A stretch of DNA of 64,000 nucleotides from Promethearchaeota archaeon (GCA_016930515.1 JAFGGO010000074.1:1-64000); one strand, 5' to 3'; positions 31,510 to 41,958 are shown, counted from the stretch's first letter. Made by a program: numbers and translations. Notes: a model not told the origin generated them from the sequence alone.

Positions 31510-31913
31510 ATTTGTTTACCTCGTTTTAAAAAACCAAGTTTTATAGATTTAATAAAATATTCACTTTATATTTAAAGCTTTATGATTTTATAGAATTATA
31601 TTTTTCTCCAAGATAATTTGTAAATTCCCTTCATTTGAAAAACATGAATCAGAAAGAATCAATAGAAGAATTTTATGTCATTTTACTCAAACTTGAGTAT
31701 GAAGGGAAAATAAAAATAATCTTCTCAAAAAAAAAGAGATTTTATTTAAATGAAAATTCTATTATTATTAGAAACTTTAATAACGATTGCCATTCTAATA
31801 TTATTTTAAGCGAGTTGAGAGTAATAGATAGTGTTCTTTTTATGTGTGAGTTACATTCTCTTGGAATAGTCAAAACTTATTAGCTTCTTATAAAAAAACA
31901 GAAAACCAATATC

Positions 31914-33962
31914 ATGTCAAAAATAGAGCAAATTAGGGGCATCATCTGTCCAACTATTACATTTTTTGATGAAAATTATAACATAAACGAAGAGCTGAAT
32001 TCTCTCCTTTTTCGACATGTTCTTTTAAACGGTGCAAATAGTCTTTTATTGTTTGGCACTACGGGTGAAGGACCTTATTTTTCAAATCGAATTGAAGATA
32101 AGATTAAATTAATTAGATTGGCTTACGAGGTTACTAAAGAAGAGATCCCCATAATTACAGGAATCTTTGGAAATAATTCAGATGTAATTTTAAACGAGAT
32201 AGAAACATTAGGAAAGAAATTCAAGTATCTTTCGTTCATGATCCCTCCACCAATGGAACCCATGGAAGAAGAAGGATTAAAAGGATATTATTCTGAGATT
32301 TTTGAAAACTTTTGTTTGGAGAACAAAATATTACTTTACAACAATCCAAATCTCTTCCTCAACAACAATATATCTCCATCTCTCCTCTCTTCCTTAAGAG
32401 AATTTCCAACTTTACTTGGAATTAAGGATTCTTCTGATAAATTTGGAAATTATAAAGGATATATTGAACACCTTGGAGAAGATTTCATGGTTTGTTGCGG
32501 TAGGGAAAGACAATTTTCTCATTTTCTGCAGTTAATCCCTAATAAATCAAGAAGATTTGCTGGGTTGGTCCCAAGCATTGGAAACTTGGTGAATATATGC
32601 TTGAAACTGTATCAGGCAGCTTTAGAGGACGATCCGCTACAAATCGAAAAATTCCAAACAGACATTAACGACTTCCGCGAGAAAATATTTGGTAATCAAG
32701 ACATTGCGGGAAAGCAACAGAGAGGTCTTAAATATGCTTTCTATCATTTATATAAAATATCAACAAAAACACCATTTGTCACTGCGATGACCGTATCACC
32801 AGATTTCAATTTTTCTTTAGAAGAAGTAGCAATGGACAGGATAGAAGCAACTGTAAGGTATCTTTTGAATTTAAACTACATTAATAAAATCTTTCCGATT
32901 GAGAATAATTATTATAGTTTTAGCGATATAAAGGCAATATTTTCAAATACAGATTTTCTCAAGGGATTAGGCGACTTAAAAAGACTTAGAGGCCCCTATG
33001 AGAGAATTGGGAGACAAAGCACGATTTTTCGTCTCAAACTTGACCAAGATATTGTCTTAAAATGTAAAGATAATAACGTCAAGGAGGGTGCTATTTGTGG
33101 GGAAAAGCTATTATTTCCTTTCCTAGATGGAACTCTTGACATAAATACATTAGAACTTAGGACGGAGATTAAAAAAATTGTATCTAAAACTCGAGGAAGA
33201 TATATTTTTTCTTCTCAAAAACCTCCCATCTTACCTGCAAGCGATTTGATTTATTACGATGAAAGTAAAGAGATATTGCCTTGTATTTATTCCCTACATT
33301 CCTATATTCAAGGAAAACCATTTTATTTCTACTTAAAAAGCGTTGATGAGGAAAAGATTGCCTTAGATTCACCAAAACTTGTTAATTTATTTAAAAATCT
33401 TGGAGTAATCCTGGGAACGCTTCACGGAATAAAGTTCAACGCTTTTTATGAACGGATTACAGATATTTCCAAGAAATCTGCTGAATTGGATTGGTCAGAA
33501 ATATTCAATAGAGAAATCGAAAATATCCTTCAAGGATTAAAAAATAACAAGTTTGAATATATTGATATAATTAAAGCCTATATTAGAGACAACTTTTCTT
33601 TAATTGAAGAAGAAAAAGAACCAATTGCTATTCATAACGATTTTGGTGAGAGAAATATCATCGTTAAGGAAGAGCCTACTTCAATCCAATTAAATGGAAT
33701 TATAAATTTTGATAATTGGAGAATAGGCGTAAAAGCCCAAGATTTTGTCCATATCTATCTAACTACTCGTTCTTTGTCCAATTGCAAAGAACTCAGAGCT
33801 GCATTTCATGAGGGATACGATAAAACAAGTAAATTAAACTTAAATCGTGATTTTCTAAAAAAAATCGAGATATACACGGTTAAATGGCAGTTAGAAGAAT
33901 TAAATAGAATGCCTAATAACGAACATTCCCTTCTTTACTTGAAAAATCTATTGTCACTATAA
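31914..33962 (+). CDS. DapA/NAL-family class I aldolase fused to an APH/choline-kinase-like domain
   Basis: N-terminal GTTGE, YNNP, GIKDSS; C-terminal LGTLHGI, HNDFGERNII, GIINFD. Confidence 0.82.
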   Translation: MSKIEQIRGIICPTITFFDENYNINEELNSLLFRHVLLNGANSLLLFGTTGEGPYFSNRIEDKIKLIRLAYEVTKEEIPIITGIFGNNSDVILNEIETLGKKFKYLSFMIPPPMEPMEEEGLKGYYSEIFENFCLENKILLYNNPNLFLNNNISPSLLSSLREFPTLLGIKDSSDKFGNYKGYIEHLGEDFMVCCGRERQFSHFLQLIPNKSRRFAGLVPSIGNLVNICLKLYQAALEDDPLQIEKFQTDINDFREKIFGNQDIAGKQQRGLKYAFYHLYKISTKTPFVTAMTVSPDFNFSLEEVAMDRIEATVRYLLNLNYINKIFPIENNYYSFSDIKAIFSNTDFLKGLGDLKRLRGPYERIGRQSTIFRLKLDQDIVLKCKDNNVKEGAICGEKLLFPFLDGTLDINTLELRTEIKKIVSKTRGRYIFSSQKPPILPASDLIYYDESKEILPCIYSLHSYIQGKPFYFYLKSVDEEKIALDSPKLVNLFKNLGVILGTLHGIKFNAFYERITDISKKSAELDWSEIFNREIENILQGLKNNKFEYIDIIKAYIRDNFSLIEEEKEPIAIHNDFGERNIIVKEEPTSIQLNGIINFDNWRIGVKAQDFVHIYLTTRSLSNCKELRAAFHEGYDKTSKLNLNRDFLKKIEIYTVKWQLEELNRMPNNEHSLLYLKNLLSL

Positions 33963-33990
33963 AAAAATATGAGTTCTGTTTTTAGGATTT

Positions 33991-34344
33991 TTATTCGTAT
34001 AAAACGCAGGCTACTAGCGAATAATTCCAAGGAGCTTTATTGCCATCGTAAATCAAGCTCTTTACTTCATCTAAGGGATCTTTTCCAGAATGTTTATTGA
34101 AAACTTGCCAACCCAGTTTACCAATGGAGTCCTCATCAAGCAAGAATTCTTTAAAGTTTTCTTTTATGCCTCCCCAATATATGGATTTTGAATCGATTAT
34201 CTCCTTTAGTTCTGGTAGGGTTAATAACCCTTCTTTTACCAAATTTTCGGTAACTTGTGGGAAAAACTCGCTAAATACGCTTGAAACTTCCTGGGGCGCA
34301 CCAATATTTCTATCGTATAATAATACAATTCCTATAGCTTTCAT
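33991..34344 (-). CDS. Hypothetical protein
   Basis: 117-aa ORF with protein-like composition, same strand as neighbours. Confidence 0.65.
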   Translation of the reverse strand: MKAIGIVLLYDRNIGAPQEVSSVFSEFFPQVTENLVKEGLLTLPELKEIIDSKSIYWGGIKENFKEFLLDEDSIGKLGWQVFNKHSGKDPLDEVKSLIYDGNKAPWNYSLVACVLYE

Positions 34345-34430
34345 AATGTTGTCGTCATATTTTTTAATTTTTTATGTAGTAATTACGATATTAAATTATG
34401 GATTATATTTTATAAAATCGGTTTGGACAA

Positions 34431-34841
34431 TTACATGTTATCAAAAAAGCTTTGGACTCTTTTTTCCGTGGATTGAGTAAAGAAATCATCGAAATCAGAA
34501 AAAAATTCAATATCATTATTCCAATTGCATAACACTTCCTCAGGATATCGTTCAAAAAACTTTTTAGATACATTTTCAAGTTCAACCATAACTTTTTTGT
34601 CCTTTAATTTAGGACTCGAAGTCGCAATAAATAAAAAACAGTTCTTTTTAATGATGCTAAAACGCTTGTCTTTGATTTCAAAATTAGAAAGTCCGCCTTC
34701 GGAAATCTCTTCAGCGAACGAGTTTAGAGCACTCATTAACATTGCAAACAATTGTTCGTCTAATTTTTTATCAAAGACTTTTTGGTATACGGCTACACCA
34801 CTTTCGGTTAATATCCAAATGTCTTGAATTAGTTGAGGCAA
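34431..34841 (-). CDS. Longin-like domain protein
   Basis: IQDIWILTESG...LFAMLMSALNSFAEE...KKFFERY...FSDF pattern of longin folds; TTG after GAGGT. Confidence 0.75.
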   Translation of the reverse strand: MPQLIQDIWILTESGVAVYQKVFDKKLDEQLFAMLMSALNSFAEEISEGGLSNFEIKDKRFSIIKKNCFLFIATSSPKLKDKKVMVELENVSKKFFERYPEEVLCNWNNDIEFFSDFDDFFTQSTEKRVQSFFDNM

Positions 34842-34947
34842 TGAAAACCAACCTCAGAGGTTTTTTTTCTTATTTAAATATTAATAGATAATTCGTCTAT
34901 TTATTTATTAGTTTATTGTTTTACGATAATAAAAAAAAGAAGTACAA

Positions 34948-35682
34948 TTATTGGGTATTTTTTTTAAGAAAAAGTTTTTTCATCCAATTTGGTAAGATGA
35001 ATCCTCCATAATAGCAAAACGCGGCTGCAATTAATATAATCCTAGTGACTGGCAGAAATTCAGGCGGAACAAATGATGCGGCATCTAGTAAGGCACCGAT
35101 AGTAAAAAGGGTAAATGCGACTATTAATATCTTCCCCTTTAACTTATGCTCGGGTTGGGAGGATTTTAAAGTAACCCGTCCAAATATGAACCCTGGAACA
35201 ACAAACACCATTAAGTTCACGGCGATCCAAACTAGAAATAGAGGCGTATATTCGACATCGACTATGGAAACGACCTCTCCTATAACCAATGTGTCAGTAA
35301 ATGCGAAATATAACAGGAGGATCTCAAAAACAATAGTAAAAATTGCGTAGATCCCAACGATGATCTTCTGCTTTTCCTTATAAAAAAGGCTCATCATGAG
35401 GCTTAACCATATTAATTGATTGATTGGCATCAATAGATTTCCAATAAGTAAATATATAACGGGATAGGACATGAGTCCGTCTGTATTAGTTATTAAAGCA
35501 ATTACAAACGAAATAGCGCTCGACCACCAAGATTCCGTAATTAAAATCCACACCAATCCAACATAAATATACATTCTTTCCTTGTTCTTCCGATACCCCC
35601 ACCCAACTCTGATTCCAACCAATATAGAAATGGATATAAAAATAAGGGAAAAAATTCCGTTAACAATAATATTAGTTTCCAT
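34948..35682 (-). CDS. Seven-TM membrane protein of unknown function
   Basis: About 7 hydrophobic segments, no soluble domain. Confidence 0.7.
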   Translation of the reverse strand: METNIIVNGIFSLIFISISILVGIRVGWGYRKNKERMYIYVGLVWILITESWWSSAISFVIALITNTDGLMSYPVIYLLIGNLLMPINQLIWLSLMMSLFYKEKQKIIVGIYAIFTIVFEILLLYFAFTDTLVIGEVVSIVDVEYTPLFLVWIAVNLMVFVVPGFIFGRVTLKSSQPEHKLKGKILIVAFTLFTIGALLDAASFVPPEFLPVTRIILIAAAFCYYGGFILPNWMKKLFLKKNTQ

Positions 35683-35741
35683 AATAAATCCTTATTTTAT
35701 TATTATAGTTGATTTATAATGATAAAATTTATATATAAATT

Positions 35742-36836
35742 TTAAGGTGTTTGAGTAAGAAATGGGGTGAGCGATTGTTGCATTTTGGTTACTTTTCGAC
35801 TAAAATTACTAAACTTAAGACCAATCAGTCTAACTTTTTTTAAGGGATTTTTATTCTTTTTTAATAATTTCAGCAGAATGTTGAAAGATTCTTTTTTATT
35901 GCGTGAAGGAAAATTAAGGGTTTGAGAGCGAGTTTGTGTTAAATATCCCTCAAATCTTATTTTTAAAGTGATGGTGCGATAATAAACATCTTTTCGCTCT
36001 AATTTTTCGTGGATTTTATCGTTTAATTCTTTTAATTTAGAATATAACACATTTAGATCGCTCGTATCGCTAAAAAAAGTTCTTTCCTTGCTTAAAGATT
36101 TATTGAAACCTTCTTTCTCTTGAACCTTTCTTTCATCAAGTCCCTTTGACACCTTCCACGCCCATAAACCATTTTTTCCAAATAATCTCTCAATTTCTTC
36201 GAAACTTAATGAAAGTAAGTCTCCTATCGTTGATATCCCTTTTTTGGCGTAAAAAATTCTTGATTTGCGTCCAATTCCCGGAATCCTCGTGATGTCCATA
36301 TTTTTGAGGAATTGTATTCTATATTTAGGTGGCACTATTGTTATTCCATTTGGTTTTTTATGATCCGATGCGATTTTAGCTAATGATTTGGTTGATGCAC
36401 AACCAATTGAGATAGTTAATCCTATTTCTTTAAAGATTCTTTCTTTAATTTTCTTTGCCAATGTTCTTGATTCGTTCATATCCGAGCAGTAATCCGTCAC
36501 ATCAAGATATGCCTCATCCAAACCAGCCTTTTCGAATTTATCTGAATATTCTTTTAAAATTTTCATTACTCGCTTCGAAACATATGAATATTTTTCAAAA
36601 TTAGGTCTTAAAAATATCCCATGAGGACATAATTCGAACGCTTTTGAGATGGGCATGCCAGACCGTAAACCAAACGCTCTTGCTTCGTAGGAACACGTGC
36701 TTACAACACCTCGCCCTTTTCCTCTTTTAGGATTAGCACCAACTATTACAGGTAATCCCTTAAATTGAGGATTATATAAATTTTCTACTGCCGCAAAAAA
36801 ACAATCTAAATCACAATGAAATATAATCCTCATCAT
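35742..36836 (-). CDS. dinB: DNA polymerase IV (Y family)
   Basis: HCDLDCFFAAVE, SYEARAFG, GLDEAYLD, AKIASD.KKPNG; PIP-like QQSLTPFL. Confidence 0.95.
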   Translation of the reverse strand: MMRIIFHCDLDCFFAAVENLYNPQFKGLPVIVGANPKRGKGRGVVSTCSYEARAFGLRSGMPISKAFELCPHGIFLRPNFEKYSYVSKRVMKILKEYSDKFEKAGLDEAYLDVTDYCSDMNESRTLAKKIKERIFKEIGLTISIGCASTKSLAKIASDHKKPNGITIVPPKYRIQFLKNMDITRIPGIGRKSRIFYAKKGISTIGDLLSLSFEEIERLFGKNGLWAWKVSKGLDERKVQEKEGFNKSLSKERTFFSDTSDLNVLYSKLKELNDKIHEKLERKDVYYRTITLKIRFEGYLTQTRSQTLNFPSRNKKESFNILLKLLKKNKNPLKKVRLIGLKFSNFSRKVTKMQQSLTPFLTQTP

Positions 36837-36959
36837 TCTTACAAGATCCTTCTAAATAGAATTTAATCACTAGTTGAGCAGAGTTTAGTTTTGTATTTAA
36901 ATACAAGGAGAATGAAGAATTATGAAAAATTTTTTCTTTCAAAAAGAAATAATGTAATT

Positions 36960-37634
36960 ATGGTTGTTGATAAAGAAGATTTGATTCGATCAGAAGTAGT
37001 ACAGGGAGCAAAAAAATTATACGAAAAAGGTTTATGTGATAATAACGAGGGAAACATTAGCATTAGGAACGGTAGAAAAGAAGAACTATTTATTACGCCC
37101 ACTGCAAATCAATACGATACTCTTACCAAGGATCAGATCTCACATGTTGATTTTGAAGGAAGCCTCATTAGCAAGGGTAAATTACCATCGTCAGAAATTA
37201 AACTTCATATAGCAATATATAACGCTCGTCCTAAGGTTCGTTGCGTTGTTCACACTCATTCTCCTTTTGCTACGACCCTTTCGATTGCGAGAAAAAACAT
37301 TCCTATTATAATGGAAGAACAAATAGTATATCTAGGTGGATCGATTGATCTTGCTCCCTATGCGGAAGCCCATACCGAAGATATTGGTTTAACAGCACTT
37401 AAAAGCTTAGGTGATAAGAACGCAACCCTCCTCTCAAATCATGGGGTATTATCATGCGGAAAATCAGTTATAGACGCAATAAAGTTTGCTGAACTTGTAG
37501 AGAAATTAGCAAAAATGTATTGGGGCGCCCTCCAGATAGGGGAACCGCATATATTCAAGAAAGAAAATCTGGAAAAATTTTACGATATGTACAATCGTCT
37601 TTTTGCGAATTATCCAAGAAAAAAGACAAAATAA
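36960..37634 (+). CDS. Class II aldolase/adducin family (FucA-like)
   Basis: GNIS, PSSE..LH, HTHS, NHG. Confidence 0.9.
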   Translation: MVVDKEDLIRSEVVQGAKKLYEKGLCDNNEGNISIRNGRKEELFITPTANQYDTLTKDQISHVDFEGSLISKGKLPSSEIKLHIAIYNARPKVRCVVHTHSPFATTLSIARKNIPIIMEEQIVYLGGSIDLAPYAEAHTEDIGLTALKSLGDKNATLLSNHGVLSCGKSVIDAIKFAELVEKLAKMYWGALQIGEPHIFKKENLEKFYDMYNRLFANYPRKKTK

Positions 37635-37663
37635 GAGCAAACCTTCATCATATTTTGATTCTT

Positions 37664-38365
37664 TCAGACATTTCGCAACTTGTTCGATCCACAGCGAGGG
37701 CAGATAATGTTTCCCAATCCTACAATGGAATAATTTTTTAATGCCTTAACCTCATAATTACATTTAGAACAACGAAGATTAGCAGTAGGGAACCATTGTC
37801 CCTTGATATTAGGCATTTTTTTAAGAGAGTCCATTAAGAGATCTTTTTTGCTCTTCTCAAATTGAAATACTTGCTTTTCTTCAACCAATGATTTACCTTT
37901 TGGTCCTAGAATCATAAGAAATTTTATCCTATTAGGAGCATTTAAAAGGGAAAGAGTTTTGACAATTGCTTTTTTTTCATGAACCGCAAAAAGTTTGGCG
38001 AGTTCTGGAGGTGCAAGAGCAACCAATACTCCTTGAGAGATGTTCTTAGTTGATTCCGTTTTTTGAAATAAGAATTGAAAGCTTCTTCCCTCAATATCAA
38101 TAGCCCAAATAAAACTAAAAGAGGAAATATCATAATCCTCGTTGTTCGGTCCAATTATGCGTTTAATCGTTAAATTCCATGTATAATGCGATTGTTTGTA
38201 AGCGTTTGAAACAAGATCGTCAAAAAAGTTTTTTTCAATAACGGGAAAGGAGTTAAAAACGCTTTTTAAGGACAATAAGGTGACTTGGGTTAACTGATCA
38301 GATTTGAGACCGTCCCAAGGCGTGAGCGTGAATACATGAAAATATTGATTTGACACAATAACCAT
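37664..38365 (-). CDS. Hypothetical protein with C-terminal zinc ribbon
   Basis: CSKC...CPRCG at C-terminus. Confidence 0.65.
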   Translation of the reverse strand: MVIVSNQYFHVFTLTPWDGLKSDQLTQVTLLSLKSVFNSFPVIEKNFFDDLVSNAYKQSHYTWNLTIKRIIGPNNEDYDISSFSFIWAIDIEGRSFQFLFQKTESTKNISQGVLVALAPPELAKLFAVHEKKAIVKTLSLLNAPNRIKFLMILGPKGKSLVEEKQVFQFEKSKKDLLMDSLKKMPNIKGQWFPTANLRCSKCNYEVKALKNYSIVGLGNIICPRCGSNKLRNV

Positions 38366-38454
38366 CTAATTGTTTTATAAAAATTAAAATTTACGATAAA
38401 CATAAGGTGATCCAATGATAAAATTTTATCTTGTTAAATAATACGAGTTGAGAA

Positions 38455-39696
38455 TTGTTGTTGGATTTCTTATTAGATGAAAAAAATCTGTTATTACGAG
38501 ACGAGGTTCGTACTTTCGTTAAGGAAGACATTCCTCACAGCTTGCTCAAACAAATGGATAAAGACGAGATCCAGTATCCTCAAGATTTTATTCGAGCTTT
38601 AGCAAAACGAGGTTTGATTGGTCTTCGCTTCCCACGGAAATACGGGGGTAGAGGACTTAACTGGGAATCTGAAGTGGTTGCTCTCGAAGAAATTGGCGTT
38701 TTAGGCATGGCATTAGGGTGTCTTTTTAGCCTTCCAAGCATTTGTGGGGAAGCTTTACATCATTTTGGAACGGAAAAGCAAAAAGAAAAATATCTGAAAC
38801 CATTATGCAACGGAAAGATTTTTGCAGCAGAGGCTCTTACGGAACCTCGAGGCGGATCTGATTTTTTTGGAGCAACAACAACCGCTGTACGAAAGGGAGA
38901 TTCCTATATCTTAAATGGGGAAAAAAGATTCGTAGTGGGGGCAGAAGGAGCCGATTTTTTTCTTGTTTACGCAAAAACCGATGAAAAAGCAAGACCACAC
39001 GAGTCAATTAGCCTTTTTATCGTTGAAAAAAGTGAAAATGTTAGCACTGAATATCTTTATGGACTCATGGGAACTCGAGGGGGTGGTGCTGGAAGGTTGA
39101 AATTTAATAATGTTGAAGTCCCCTCTGAAAATGTTATTCTTGAGGAGGGTGCGGGAGGGAGGATCTTCTACCAAATGATGGTTCCGGAGCGAATGACAAG
39201 CGCTGCGGGCATCCTTGGTACAGCTCGGGCGTGTTTGCGGATTGCTACAAAATATAGTTCAAAACGAAAAGCTTTCGGTCAAATCATAAAAAACTTTCAA
39301 GCAGTTAATTTTGCTATTGCTGATAGCATAACTTTATTAGATGCTGCCAGATCTTTGGTATTAAACACGGCAAGATTAATTGACACAGGAGCCCCACCAC
39401 AATTACAAAGAAGGATGGTCTCAGAATCAAAAAAATTTGCGACGGAAGCTTGTTGGAAGATAGTAAACAAGTCGATGCAGGTAATGGGAGGAATTGGGTA
39501 TACTACAGTATATCCCATAGAACGTCTTCTTAGAGACGCACGACTTTCGATGATATGGACAGGAACATCCGAGATAATGTCTGCTATCATACAAAAAGAA
39601 TATTACGACGAAATCTTGAGCGAAAAATGGGTTGGACGAGATATAGAAAAGGATGCAATAGACGCTGATGCCGAAGAAGAAAAGAACTATGGGTAA
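38455..39696 (+). CDS. Acyl-CoA dehydrogenase
   Basis: [31 protein letters not shown]...IWTGTSEI. Confidence 0.93.
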   Translation: MLLDFLLDEKNLLLRDEVRTFVKEDIPHSLLKQMDKDEIQYPQDFIRALAKRGLIGLRFPRKYGGRGLNWESEVVALEEIGVLGMALGCLFSLPSICGEALHHFGTEKQKEKYLKPLCNGKIFAAEALTEPRGGSDFFGATTTAVRKGDSYILNGEKRFVVGAEGADFFLVYAKTDEKARPHESISLFIVEKSENVSTEYLYGLMGTRGGGAGRLKFNNVEVPSENVILEEGAGGRIFYQMMVPERMTSAAGILGTARACLRIATKYSSKRKAFGQIIKNFQAVNFAIADSITLLDAARSLVLNTARLIDTGAPPQLQRRMVSESKKFATEACWKIVNKSMQVMGGIGYTTVYPIERLLRDARLSMIWTGTSEIMSAIIQKEYYDEILSEKWVGRDIEKDAIDADAEEEKNYG

Positions 39697-39797
39697 ATCT
39701 CTTTAATTTGAAACCGAATACCATTATTTCATAGATGAAAAATAATTAAGATTTTCGTATTAATTATATTATTATAAAAAGAAAAAGAATTAAAAAA

Positions 39798-41010
39798 CTA
39801 AGATTTTTTTTTTGATAAATATCTTATTTTGGTCATTAAGTCGCGCAGCTCAATGAGATCGCTATTTCTCTCAATATATTTCTTATTTGCACCCTCGGCT
39901 AATGGAAGAGAAATTATTTTATTACACTTGAGTGACACCATCTTTCCGAAATCTTCTTCTATGACTAATTTCATTGCTGCCAATCCAAATCTTAGCCCTA
40001 AAATTCTATCAAATGCGTTTGGGTGTCCTGCCCTCATCGTATGTCCCAATACGACGCTACGACACTCGTACTCGACATTATTTTTAGAAAATTCTTCCTT
40101 AAGATCTTTCCTTAAATTCAACTCTTCAATTAAAATCTGGGACATATTCAGGGCGGGCAAGACGGGATTTCCAAAAGCGTCTTTTGGCAGTTTATCAATT
40201 GTTTCTTGAGAAATGGTTTTAAAATCGTTTTTAAGCGATTCTGGATCGGGATATGCACCCTCCGAACATGCAATGATATGATATTTGTATCCTGCGTTTG
40301 CTCGCTTCTTGAGCACATCAAGTACATCTCTTTCCAAGGAAAAGGGGGTTTCAGGAATCAATATAATATCTGCACCGGTAGATAGACCACTATACAGGGT
40401 TAGAAAACCTGCGTCCCTCCCCATAATCTCTACGACAAATACTCGTTGATGTGAGCGGGCGGTTGTTGTCAGGTTATCCATGGAGTCAGATGCTAATTGT
40501 GTTCCACTCCAAAACCCGAATGTAAATTCGGTTCCTGCCAAATCGTTATCAATGGTTTTTGGACATCCTATAACTTTGGCACCGGTATATTTATGCATTG
40601 CATCCGCAACTCCGTTAGTATCGTCGCCCCCTATAACAATGAGGGCGTCTATACCGATTTCATCGAATTTATTTACCATCTCCTTTGCGACTTTTTCTTT
40701 AATCCTTTCTTTTTCCTCGTTTGATTTTGCCTTACTTACTTCTTTAAAAGGATTGGTCCTACTAGTGTATAATAAAGTTCCACCAATGGTATGTAAATCG
40801 TCGTGTTCTGCAATATTCAAGGGAATTGTTTCATTTTCCAAGAATCCCTTCCATCCCCTTAAAATACCCACGCATTCAATTCCAGCATCAAAAGCTTTTA
40901 ACATGATCCCATAAAGTACGGAATTGAGACCAGGGCAGTGTGCGGCAGCCGAGGAAAATCTCGAGCAAGACTCCGCCACCCGTTAGGATCCCTACTTTTT
41001 TAACAGCTAT
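39798..41010 (-). CDS. pfp: PPi-dependent 6-phosphofructokinase (PfkA family), two exons: 41010-40971 joined to 40939-39798, 393 aa
   Basis: Joined N-terminus (M)AVKKVGILTGGGDCPGLNSV; GGT.L.TSR, GGDDT (Asp, PPi type), PKTIDND, EIMGRDAG, LGHTMR. Confidence 0.9.
40940..40970 (-). other. Candidate BHB intron in pfk mRNA (31 nt)
   Basis: Insert TCTTGCTCGAGATTTTCCTCGGCTGCCGCAC splits Asp codon G/AC; central helix GCGG/CCGC, bulges AG^T and AC^A. Confidence 0.88.
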
Positions 41011-41126
41011 TTTTCATCGCCTTGTTTATTTTTGTTTCAATATTGACTTATTATAAAAATATCTATAAGAAAAATATTATTAATTAGCAAACTAATAAAT
41101 AAAATCTATAATACTATGATAAATCT

Positions 41127-41723
41127 TTATGAGATGTGAAAATCTTTTTCATTATTAGAAGCCTCGATGTTTTTCGGTTCAAATTCATAGGGGGTATCCT
41201 CTTGAGGGACGATGTAGCTTCCTCCTGAAAGATCTGTTATTTTGAGAGTGAATGGAAATTTTCCTTCCAGAGCTTTTTGTAAGTTAAGGATAATAAAATC
41301 TATTTCAGGGATTTGAGGGTCATCTTTCTGGAGATTATTTCTATATATTTTAACCGCACTTTCGAACCGCCTTAAAACCCCTTCTACATTTGTAAAATAG
41401 AAATCAGCATTGGGACCAGGCTCCATTACGAGCTCAAACTCGGGAATTTCAATTTTAGCAGTAGGTGCGCGATACAGTTTTGATTTTAAATCGTTTTCTT
41501 TATTAATTTTCATAGAAATTATTCCAGGTTTCATCTTTGAAGAAACGGGTACTACATCTTTACTAATATAACCACAATCACTGCATTCATATTTTAGAAT
41601 AAGAATTTGATCTCCATCGTGCGAATCGTAAATAGTTTTTTGGATTTTAATAACTCCACTTCGACAGGAGGGGCAATTGAACGAAAAATCGTCTTCCTCT
41701 CTCTCCTTGACATGATGCGACAT
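41127..41723 (-). CDS. ZPR1 zinc-finger domain protein
   Basis: CPSC...CSDCGY, IEIPE, PGP, TNVEGVL.RF, D.SGGS. Confidence 0.9.
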   Translation of the reverse strand: MSHHVKEREEDDFSFNCPSCRSGVIKIQKTIYDSHDGDQILILKYECSDCGYISKDVVPVSSKMKPGIISMKINKENDLKSKLYRAPTAKIEIPEFELVMEPGPNADFYFTNVEGVLRRFESAVKIYRNNLQKDDPQIPEIDFIILNLQKALEGKFPFTLKITDLSGGSYIVPQEDTPYEFEPKNIEASNNEKDFHIS

Positions 41724-41958
41724 TGTTATAGGAATAAATTATTGAATCTTGAAATTATTGACTATTTTTTAAAACAGAAAAATTTTTAAGATTTCTGACT
41801 TTTATCATACTAAATATATATTTATTACTTTATTAACAATACAAAGTTAGAATCATGCTACTCAGAAAAGAAAACGACTCAAAAATTCAACTTAACTTTG
41901 TATTAAGTACCATTACTGTGTTATTTTTGGTATTATTAGTAGTATTAATTTTATAATA

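Noticed and set aside
31635-31883. 82-aa TTG-started ORF upstream of the aldolase-kinase fusion
   Set aside because: Very AT-rich with no recognisable motif; cannot be supported as a gene
40940-40970. Insert as a spliceosomal intron, tandem duplication or random lesion
   Set aside because: No GT...AG ends at the frame-restoring junctions, no duplication of flanking sequence, the rest of the gene is intact, and the BHB geometry matches the junctions exactly
40940-40979. ORF-track N-terminus MAESCSRFSSAAAH for pfk (GTG 40979)
   Set aside because: It reads through the insert and lacks the conserved first strand and GGGD motif, which are encoded immediately upstream in another frame
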